A stretch of DNA of 63,508 bases, counting the filler, from Paramecium tetraurelia (Eukaryota), in NCBI GenBank assembly GCA_000165425.1. It is 5 parts of 5 records of this genome, joined end to end, with 100 filler letters (N's around TTAATTAATTAA, not from the genome) between each part and the next. Parts side by side here need not be neighbours in the genome. Positions count along the whole stretch, not along the records: positions 30,355 to 54,926 come from CT868088.1; positions 55,027 to 58,881 come from CT868091.1; positions 58,982 to 63,508 come from CT868092.1; 2 more parts are not named here. One strand, written 5' to 3'. Positions 53,501-63,508 of the stretch are shown here, piece after piece. Both the position numbers and the translations under genes were made by a program. Below the pieces are notes generated by a model. It did not search any database and was not told the origin of the DNA. It saw only the letters and a program-made list of their open reading frames with translations. How positions within the stretch are numbered: the first letter of the stretch is position 1; every line of letters starts with the position of its first letter.

Positions 53501-54926
53501 ATTTTATCTGAAACCCACTTCCAGTATTATAAATTCCAACGTATGTTTAGGAAAGAGAGTTCTCATCAATTTCAGTCCAAACTATCACAAAGTTAGAATT
53601 AAATATTTTGATCTGAATTTCAAACTCATCAATATTTAGAACTTTAATTAATCTCAATTCAATAGGATTTGTTATAACAATAAAACTGCTTTGGAATAAT
53701 TGTAGCATCATTCTACATGAAACTTTACAATTACCACTTAACCAGATAAGTGCAAACTTTTTAGATTCGTATTCATAAATTCTATGATAAGCAATTGGTG
53801 TTTCTGAAGAAATCAATTATTTAGTGGTAATAACACTAGATTCTTATTAATATATATTCGAATCTAAACTATGTTATGAATTCTTATATTTATAAAAGGT
53901 TGTTATCATGGAATTATCACTAAAACTTAATATTGATCCAATTCCATTGCAAGTTTATTGGCAAAATGGAATTTCCAATTGATACTGAGTGACATTTAAG
54001 CATTTATTGTCAACGAACTTAAAATCATTGTTACAGTAATCGCATGTATATGGTTATGTGCATTTTTAACAGTTATCTAAGCAAATGGGGGAGCATTTTA
54101 ATTTTTGTTCATTATATATATAACCATCTAAGCATTAAGTACACATAATTTCATTATTATTATTGGAACAATCTCCACAATGAGAAACACAGATTTCTTC
54201 ATCAAATGGGATAGCTTATAATTTTTAATTCAATCTTAATTTGTATGATTTGCTATATTTTTGAGTACTCCAAGTTATATAGAGGAATTCATTTTATTAA
54301 TTATTTCCACTTAAAAAATCAATAGATTGTTCATTTGAACTTATTTGAGTTTCAGCTATTTATGTTCCATTGAGATCGTATTATTTAACATTTATATTTA
54401 TTATTGATTATTGAGATGATTCAGCATACAATAGATAAATATAGGATAACGATGTCACAACTTGAATTTTAGATAAATCATTTATTGATTCTAGAATCAC
54501 ATTGTTTAATAGTTTTCCTCTCTAATTTAGGAATTGTAAATTTAATTTCTTATTGCTAATAGCTTTATATTAAACTGAATACAATTATAGATAAGTAATG
54601 TAGCTAACAAAATAACTTTTAATTATAGTTTTTGTTAATTTTAATTCGACATAATCATACAAGTATACTATTTCATCAGTTGCTTCCATCTCAGTAATTT
54701 AAATAGCAAACTTATTCTGATTGCCTAAATTTTGCAATTTTAAATTTTAATAACTCTTTGTGAAAGTAAACACATTTCCATAATAATTTTAAAATAAGAC
54801 TCCAATCTAACCTTGAATTAATTTATTTGTTTTTTTTTTTAGATAAGCTACTGAATTTACTAGCATCAGCGAAAACAATATACAAGTTCTTATCAATCAA
54901 TAGGTTATCAATGAAGATATCTTAAT
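38587..54926 (-). CDS. Giant (~5,400 aa, 5'-partial) type I membrane protein: beta-rich repeat modules alternating with furin-like Cys-rich repeats
   Basis: All sampled segments read open in the ciliate code. Recurrent CxxC clusters; C-terminal TM FYALIVVCLILLINWICCY (~38885-38940); ~100-aa tail ending in TGA at 38587-38589. Continuity was not checked codon by codon. Confidence 0.8.
48428..48616 (-). repeat. Coding 9-bp minisatellite: (DPI)3-DIT-(DPT)13-GPT-(DPT)2-DPK
   Basis: Tandem GAT CCN ACN units with synonymous third-position variation, in frame within the giant gene. Confidence 0.95.
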
Positions 54927-55026
54927 NNNNNNNNNNNNNNNNNNNNNNNNNNNNNNNNNNNNNNNNNNNNTTAATTAATTAANNNNNNNNNNNNNNNNNN
55001 NNNNNNNNNNNNNNNNNNNNNNNNNN
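54927..55026. other. Artificial scaffold linker
   Basis: N-TTAATTAATTAA-N cassette. Confidence 0.97.
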
Positions 55027-56390
55027 AAAAAAGAGAGATTGGAATAACCCTCAAAAAAATTGCAACTTAAAAAGCCTAAAGGTAAAGGGATTGAGTTTCC
55101 TCTAATTCTGTATATTATAAATATAATAAAAATATTAAAATAAAGTAGTAATTATAAAAGCACATAGATGTAAATTCAGGCTTCTTTTTTATATTAAAAA
55201 ATAATCCTGTGGAACTTTTTCTTAAATGTGTCATATTTTATAAAAAAAGTATACCAAAGCAGGAGTATGGTTATTTCATAGAAGATTAAAAATTGTCATT
55301 TGAATGATGATTAAATTGCAAATATTAATCAAACTTATACAATTTTAGAAAATTTTAAAGTGCTGTTTGGAATTATTAATATTCCTTAGATAATCGATAT
55401 TTACTTTGATAAAATTCACTTTCTCATTTTATTTTATGAATAGGCTAGTATATTTTACAAAATTCAAGATCCTTCTATTAATTATAAATCAAAATCTTAT
55501 GAGTGATATATTCTCCTATTTTGAAATTTGGATGGTACATGAGATATAAAAAAATATTAATAATGGTACTAACTAACTAAATAAAATTAAAATAATTACC
55601 AAAAATTTTAGAAACATTCAAATATCAATCTAAATATTTATTCATCAATATCTTTAAATTTTGATGAAATGTTAGTATTGTTAATACTTTAGTTTGCGTT
55701 AATCAAATATATTATAAGTATCGATAATTGTAAAATTCATTTTTTAGGAATTCTTTTTCATAATTCTTATTCTGTTGTTGTTCTAATATATTATGTGAAA
55801 ACTATCATATCAAATTTTCCCTTTAGAATAAATTTTAAACTAGTAGTTTTTATTTTTAATTCATGTTGAAATTTATTGATCTTCTTAAGTAATAAGATTT
55901 CTATCTATTTAATAAATATAATTAGTTTTAATGCATGCATTTAACAGAATTTATTTTTAGGGATAATAAATGAGATTGAAATCAGATTATTATTGAAGGA
56001 CTTAAAGGCATTCCATAAATTTTAAAAGCATTAATTAAAATTTAATTATCAATTACTTTATTTAAATTGAGTTATTAATTTTATTATTTTAAAGAGTCTA
56101 TATTTCTGGAGAAAACAAAATTAGACAGCCAAACGAAACTTCCTAACCAACTAATTCGTTTTCTAATCAAATCATTTAATAGTATCCNNNNNNNNNNNNN
56201 NNNNNNNNNNNNNNNNNNNNNNNNNNNNNNNNNNNNNNNNNNNNNNNNNNNNNNNNNNNNNNNNNNNNNNNNNNNNNNNNNNNNNNNNNNNNNNNNNNNN
56301 NNNNNNNNNNNNNNNNNNNNNNNNNNNNNNNNNNNNNATTTTATTTTATATAAATGGTTTTTTGGAATCATAAAATCATATATTAAAACA

Positions 56391-58881
56391 ATGCAATTTT
56401 TACTCATAATCATCGTTCTTGCTTATATTGAACGGTCTTATTGTGAATGGTCAAGCTAAATTACTTTGTTAACATCAAATACAATATTTACAGAATAAAC
56501 TGGTCCATATGCTAATTTAAAATCAGGAACTTTTTTATAGTTATCTACACAAACTACAGCCCATTTTATCACTTGTACAACCCCATAAACAAGTTATATC
56601 ACTTTAAATAATAATTATCCTAGTGTTGAAAGAAACTACACCCACTACATAAGCAAAGGATATTTTATAGCTTTTGATTTATATTTTCAAGGTACTTGGC
56701 AAAATCAATCAGTAAAATTTCAATTTGGATCCTTTTAATACTAATATTATTATGAATCCCCATCAGTTTATCCATTAACTACTGCATTTTGTGATAATTT
56801 AAGCGCTGCTATAAAAACAGTAAATTTTTCAATGACAACTACTTTATATGATAACATTTAGTTTATTTCCTACAATAATGGTGATGGGTAAGTTTCAATA
56901 AAAAATTTCTATGTTTCAGCTTTTATTTGCTTTCCATCTTGTCACTTATGTAGCGGTCCTGGTTTCTAAGAATGTACAAGTTGCTTTTATCAAACTCCTT
57001 CTAATGGACTTTGCCCTACTTGTCCAGAAAATTAATATTATGTGAAATTTACAGGATGCAGACTTATTTGTCCTACAACCTCTCCTTTTTATAAGAAAGG
57101 ATTTTGTCAAAGTTACCCAAGTAATCATTATGAATATTCTAGTTCATACTTTTGTATCAACATATTTTACCTAAAACATCTTCTCCTCAGAAAATATGAA
57201 ATGGTCATTAATCCTAGATTCAGAAAATTTAGATGATGTTTTCCTTCCAAATATATATATAAATTATCAATATATATATGGAGTATTTAAACATAATTCT
57301 GGAGTTTATAGATTTATAAATGAGTTATCCACGAATTATGCAACTCACTTGATTGGATTCCAAATTACAATAGTAACTTTCAATGAAATTCCACTTAATT
57401 GTGGAATCTAATTTAAACTTAATAATACTTACTACGGATCAATATATAGAAACAACACAGGAATTCAGACACATAAATTACAAATATATGAAACTATTAA
57501 CCAAGGTTCATATTAAACATATACTGTCAAGAAATATTTGTTGATTACATACTTCGATATTCCTAAGAACAAATTTCTATTTTCCGCAGTAGGAAATTAT
57601 ACGTAAAATTTCAATAATCATAGATTAGTGATAACTCTAGTGGATGGGGAATTATATCTGTAACAATTACTGCAGGTTATTGTCCATAATATTGTAAACT
57701 CTGTGAGGTATCATTCAAATGTAAGATTTGTAATAGCGGGTACTATTTTTATAGAGATGGTACTTGTGTAGATGAGTGTTAATAACCATATTAAAAATTA
57801 AATGGTTCTTTTTGTGTTGATTATGATTAACAAACCCCATGTAAAACATTTATATATTTAGACTCTTAATTCTTAATTTAAGAATATATAAATCAAGAAA
57901 ATGATCCTGAGTAATACTCCAAATATGCTTTAATCTATCAAAATGGAACCAACTTTTTAAAAGGATTAGATATTTATTATTCTTATTGGCAATCAAAACG
58001 AGTCTTTGGAGGCCCTCTAGTTTGGGCCTAAGCAAAATTCAAAAGAGTTCATTAGATAGTCGATCCACATCATAGCCTCACTATTGCCTTTTATATCCTT
58101 TATGGACCAACATTCCCTTCAAATGGCTAATTCATATATACCATTGAAAATGAACCGCCAGTTTCTAAATCAATCCTTAATTATTTTTCATTCTATTCCG
58201 ATGGATCAAAGTATGATAAGGTATATAAAATCTTATCTCACAATACAAGTACACTAACAATTTATTGGGAATGTTTTGGACCTAATAATGAACCAATTAA
58301 TGCTTACTGTGGATTCTATAATTATTATATAGCTGTTCATAAATGCAAACCTTATTGTTAAGAATGTTCAGATTAAAATACATGTACATAATGGAATAAT
58401 ACATATGATTCTAATGTTGTCAAATTTTCATAAGCAGAATGCATGATTAACTAATATTATGATTAAGATTCAGTTAGATGCATATAATGTCCATTATCTT
58501 GCTTAACTTGCACATCTAAATTAGATTGTTAAAGTTGTGAATCTACTTATACTTTAAGTAAATTAGGATGTATTTGTTAATAGAATTAATATGAAGAATC
58601 AAATTAATGTTTTGATTGTCCTATGGAATGTAATTAATGTTTAAGTTCAACTTATTGTATAGAATGCTTATTTACTAATAATAGATAATTATAGGATGGA
58701 TAATGTAATTGTATAGATGGATATTATCCCATAATTTCAAATCCTCAATGTCTTATATGTGATAAATTTTGTAAAACTTGTACCGGACCTACTTCCGACG
58801 AGTGTATTACTTGCAAGAATATTATTAATATAGAAAATGTAGGATCAATATGCAGATGCCCAACAGGATCATATTATTAAG
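56391..58881 (+). CDS. Secreted/surface Cys-rich (furin-like repeat) protein, 3'-truncated by scaffold end
   Basis: Signal peptide MQFLLIIIVLAYIERSYC; CFPSCHLCSGPG, CPLSCLTC, CPMECNQC and CDKFCKTCTGP repeats; short introns. Confidence 0.85.
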
Positions 58882-58981
58882 NNNNNNNNNNNNNNNNNNN
58901 NNNNNNNNNNNNNNNNNNNNNNNNNTTAATTAATTAANNNNNNNNNNNNNNNNNNNNNNNNNNNNNNNNNNNNNNNNNNNN
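58882..58981. other. Artificial scaffold linker
   Basis: N-TTAATTAATTAA-N cassette. Confidence 0.97.
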
Positions 58982-59558
58982 TGCTCTGGACGGTCTTAAT
59001 GAGCCATTCCATTCCTTCTTGTAAACCTTCTTGAGTTTTGGCTGAACATGCGACAATAGACCATTGTCTATCAGTGATTTTATTTAATTTCAAACTATCA
59101 GAGATCTTAATTAGATGGAATACTAACCTCGTCAGCAGGAAGGGCTTGCACCATTTCTTATTTATTTGCAAATACCAAGAGAGGTACTTTCTTGAGTTCA
59201 GGCTCTCCAAGCAATATATCCAACTCCTTGCCTCCCTCTTCCAAACTCATTAAATCAGACGAATCAATAACAAATACCAAAGCATCTGTATTTTCATAGA
59301 AGTTCCTCACAAATTGTAGTTTCTTCTATAAAAGTTTTGGATTTACCTAAAAACCTCCCACGTCCAAAATATTAAATTTAAATTCTTCTTGTTCCTTCAT
59401 ACTGAATTGATTTATATCTTCATTTAACAATGCCTTCACAATAGTAGTTTTTCCTGCATATTCCAAACCCAGGACAAGGATTGTTAATTCCTTTTCTGAG
59501 TTTTTAATCTTTCGAATGATATCAAGCAAACCCTAATTAAGCATTAAATTCCTACCAT
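58982..59558 (-). CDS. ARL3: ARL3-like small GTPase, degenerate; stop codon lost at scaffold edge
   Basis: MGLLDIIRKIK..ILVLGLEYAGKTT, DVGG, FVIDSSD, PLLVFANKQE and WSIVACSAKTQEGLQEGMEWL. Three short introns. Confidence 0.8.
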
Positions 59559-59620
59559 CCTCTAAGATTTATTATTATTCTATTTATAATATAATATTTT
59601 CCATTTTGTATATTTATAAA

Positions 59621-59950
59621 TCATTGATAAAGAGGTTTATCTTCGCTCTGATGAGAACTTAAATGATCTGGATGATGTACTGGATAAACTGTCTCTTTCT
59701 TTCTAAAACCCTCAAATTCATAGTATTACCTTCCACTTAACTTGTCCCTAACAGCAAAAAACTTTTGGCTTAATTGATCTCAGCTAAAGTAATATTTTTT
59801 ATCTTTCATCAGCCAACATAGTTTCAGGTCTAAGCTTGTCTCTGTATCCATTAGTCCAAGTCTTGTCGAAACTTTTTGACTGTTCTACCATATTCAATGA
59901 CCTGAGAATTATTAAACAAATTGTAGTAAGAAAAAACAGAAATAAGTGTT
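59621..59950 (-). pseudogene. Short coding-like remnant, apparently frameshifted
   Basis: ~85 open codons ending in TGA at 59621-59623 (LRSIKPKVFAVRDKLSGRQYYEFEGFRKKE); the frame breaks near 59875-59895. Confidence 0.35.
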
Positions 59951-60804
59951 CGAATTGCTTTGCTAATCGCCAAACTCAGAACTTAAAAAATTTGGTTTAG
60001 GTTAGTTAAATATTAGAAAAAGCAAAGCTAATTTGATCAGCCAATATTTTCTTTTTGTTTATTAGGATAATTTCAACTCAATTATTATTATTTTTCAAAA
60101 AAATTATGTAAGTCAATTTATAGAATAGAATGTTATTAATTTGAGTTCACAACGCTAATTAGATAGTGAATGGTCAAATATTCTGTTTGAGTAATTTAGA
60201 AGAATTAAATCCATAATTAGTTGAATAAAATTAATTAGACTGGATGAATTTAATTGGATTAGGTTTTGAAAAAGAAAAATAAGAATCACATAATTCTAGG
60301 TAAATAGAATTTGTAAAGATTATTTCTAATTAAAAGTGTGTTTTGAAGTTTGGTTGTGANNNNNNNNNNNNNNNNNNNNNNNNNNNNNNNNNNNNNNNNN
60401 NNNNNNNNNNNNNNNNNNNNNNNNNNNNNNNNNNNNNNNNNNNNNNNNNNNNNNNNNNNNNNNNNNNNNNNNNNNNNNNNNNNNNNNNNNNNNNNNNNNN
60501 NNNNNNNNNNNNNNNNNNNNNNNNNNNNNNNNNNNNNNNNNNNNNNNNNNNNNNNNNNNNNNNNNNNNNNNNNNNNNNNNNNNNNNNNNNNNNNNNNNNN
60601 NNNNNNNNNNNNNNNNNNNNNNNNNNNNNNNNNNNNNNNNNNNNNNNNNNNNNNNNNNNNNNNNNNNNNNNNNNNNNNNNNNNNNNNNNNNNNNNNNNNN
60701 NNNNNNNNNNNNNNNNNNNNNNNNNNNNNNNNNNNNNNNNNNNNNNNNNNNNNNNNNNNNNNNNNNNNNNNNNNNNNNNNNNNNNNNNNNNNNNNNNNNN
60801 NNNN

Positions 60805-61265
60805 CAATCCATTAGCTGGATTGTATAGTTTAATTGGACTTTTGCCATCTGTTACCTAAAATCCTTTAGTCCTAGCCCTCCTTATAATTTAAATTTAGTG
60901 TCTGGTCCTGCTTTAGCCATAGCTATTATAGTTTCGTTTTCAATGGCTTAGATTTATTATTTGAATTTCTTTATCTCAATATCGTATAATTCTTTTGCTT
61001 TTTTGATTTCCTATTCGATAAGTTACGAAATATAACATTTAATTTAAATACTATTTCATAATTTAACTCTGCCTCTTACTCTTATTTTTTTTATTCTTAC
61101 AAAGCTTCTTATTCAATTTACAAAGGTTTGGATTTCATCTCAGCATAGTTGGCTTCTGCTTCAGCTTTGATCTTCTTTTCTATAGTTTCAGCCATTACCC
61201 TAGCTACAGTCTATCCTTCTGCTCTAACCTTGGCACTCTATGCTTGTTGTTTTAATATCTCTATT
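60805..61265 (-). pseudogene. MVP: Major vault protein C-terminal fragment (cap helix)
   Basis: IKKAKELYDIEIKKFKQQIQAIENETIIAMAKAGPDTKFKLQGGLGLKDFQVTDGKSPIKLYNPANGL. In-frame TGA just upstream (~61265) and no recognisable N-terminal vault repeats. Confidence 0.8.
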
Positions 61266-61399
61266 CAAGACAAGAACCATTATTTTATCCTGAGTTGTTT
61301 AAGTTTGGTATTAGAATTTGCAAACAATTAGAGTCCTCCATCTTCTTAGACTCCCATCTTTAGGTTAAGGTGTATACTATAAGCGTTGGAAGGAGCTAA

Positions 61400-63200
61400 A
61401 GTTGTAAACTAAACACAATACTAATTCGAAGTATCAAGGCAATTATGGTAATGAAAATAGTAACAAGTGAGTAGAAGGAGATTATTATCCAAATATATAT
61501 GAATCCTGTTTATATAAGTAACAGTTGCAAGCACTTTGTTAGCATGCAGTATGACTAAAAGATAGTAAGCTGAACATTGATCTTGATGTTCTACACTTAA
61601 AAGACATTAAGACTGAACTACAAATTACAAGTCCATTTCTAGACTGACCTAGTCAGGCAAGGCATCAATGAAGTGAAATAAAACTGTCACAAATATCAGT
61701 TAATAATAAGAGAATTGTAGCAAATAAAATAAAAGTTGCATAATTGCAAAAGATCAAACAATTTTGCATAACTTAATCAAATGTTAGCAAGTTGTGGAAG
61801 CTAATACCTATATTATTATTAGATTAATAGAGCAAATTTCACTTTAAATTTGACTCAAATTGGCACAAGTAATTCAAGAAAAAGTGGCAATCCTCAAATG
61901 TATTCGAATGGCAACCCAATATTAATATCTGTTATGACACTGAACGAGATGCTGATCAAGCCCACCAAGAACTACAACTAGGAAGACCTAATAAAAACAT
62001 ATACTTACGCAGCACGGAATACTCATATAAAAAGATCATCCTCAATCCTATCATATATATCACTAACAAACTAGGATAAATCACAAATTAATGAAATACC
62101 TCTTCCAGGTTAGCCATTAGTACATAATCTACAAATTGTTGCATTTATAGTACTCTTGCTAGAAGAGTTAAAAATACAGAAGATAAGAAGGAGCCTTCAT
62201 AACCTCCTGAGTTAATTTTTACTTCAGAATTAGAAATTTGCAGCATAATTTGAACAGTTTACATCTGCACCTACTACTGGATTAAAATGTGTAGATGTCC
62301 AATATTTTCAGGTTCATCTTCTACAAACTAAAATTGAAATAGGTCAACGTTGGTTGCGCAATTAACAAATAAGACATCACTACTGTACTCTTGGTTGCTG
62401 GTTCAGGTTTTTTATTATTAGTTGAGGAGTAACATAATAACCTACAAACATCTAAACAGTAATAATGACTCAGGTCATTAAACAAATACCGATATGAACT
62501 TCATAATTACCATTACTAAAATGATATTGTTAGATTATAATGTTAAGGAACATGCAACTAAATATTGACTGATGATATTTTTGCAGCATTACATTAATTT
62601 CAAACCAAAATTATTTAAAGGTGTACCGGAAATAGGTTGAAAATATTACTGATGTTGTTAAATAATCGCAAACAAAAGAAGATTTTAAAACAGTATATAA
62701 ATAATGAAAAATAGGAATGAAGAATATATATAATGTTTGTGCTTATAGTATATAGGACTGCCGACAAAAGTCTCCATTCTAATTGTAATGTAAATATGCC
62801 TGCGTTGATTGTTGGTCACAAAGAAACAATCACCAGAGTCAGCATTTTAATTTTATATATAAAAAATAAACTCAAAAACAATTACTGAGATTCAACTAAA
62901 ATTCACACTTGTATTTGTCATAATATAGCTTGAAATATTTTGAACTGAATGCATCAACAAAATCCTTTTATAAGAAAGCATATTAATATTTGCAGGTGGA
63001 CGCCATCTATGTATCATTTGAAGAATTTTAAAGAAATGATCAAGAACATTTGCTCATCCAGTATCAGTAATGTAATTAAATTTTGGATCGCAGGTTGATG
63101 AATAGTTTCCTTCAAGTCCATCAAAGGTTGTTTGCTCTACCTTTTAAACCTCTGCCGATATTCAAAAAACTCATCCAATTTTTCTTCCATTTAGCATCCT
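61400..63200 (-). pseudogene. Probable decayed Cys-rich surface-protein gene
   Basis: Short Cys-containing open patches broken by frequent TGAs and frame changes. Confidence 0.25.
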
Positions 63201-63508
63201 CACCTAATTTGTAAATATTTGATTCTTTAGATGAGTAAAATTTAAATTTCTATTTTAGTAATGGTTACTTTTAAAAACTGAACTCTAAATATGTTGAAAG
63301 AAGGATATAATCGAACCTATATAATGGAGAAATTTTAGGCTAGGTACGACACAATGGGATTTATTTCAAGAAAATGATTTTTGGAAACTGTATTTCTATT
63401 CTATTTAATAATTATAATTTTCAAAATTTCTTTACTACATTAACAAAAATTACAATATATTTTTGGTATGCATTTAAAGTGTATATTAACATTATCAATT
63501 TAATATAA

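Overview
AT-rich ciliate DNA, almost certainly Paramecium. Long genes open only if TAA/TAG are read as Gln and TGA is the sole stop, introns are 20-30 nt GT..AG, and an epiplasmin gene is present. The supplied standard-code ORF track is therefore fragmented and misleading. The window is five unrelated scaffolds joined by artificial N-TTAATTAATTAA-N linkers (3963-4062, 30255-30354, 54927-55026, 58882-58981). Scaffold 2 (4063-30254) is compact, macronuclear-type DNA with about 22 genes: two PP2C-family genes (one a likely pseudophosphatase), an MFS sugar transporter, an alpha/beta hydrolase, a PITP-PH-START-OSBP lipid-transfer fusion, EXPERA/EBP-like, eIF2beta-like, two kinases, an SMG6L-like Est1+NYN nuclease, epiplasmin, a Kelch protein, a dual-specificity phosphatase, HEATR3/Syo1-like, and PAM18 plus a decayed PAM18 copy. 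Three divergent gene pairs have start codons only 7-8 bp apart. Scaffold 3 holds decayed DNA with a non-LTR retrotransposon endonuclease remnant, then a ~16 kb gene for a giant membrane-anchored protein of bacterial-looking beta-rich repeats, Cys-rich linkers and a (DPT)n tract. Scaffold 4 has a partial Cys-rich surface protein. Scaffold 5 has a degenerate ARL3-like gene and a major vault protein pseudogene fragment. All calls come from manual translation and motif recognition; no searches were run.
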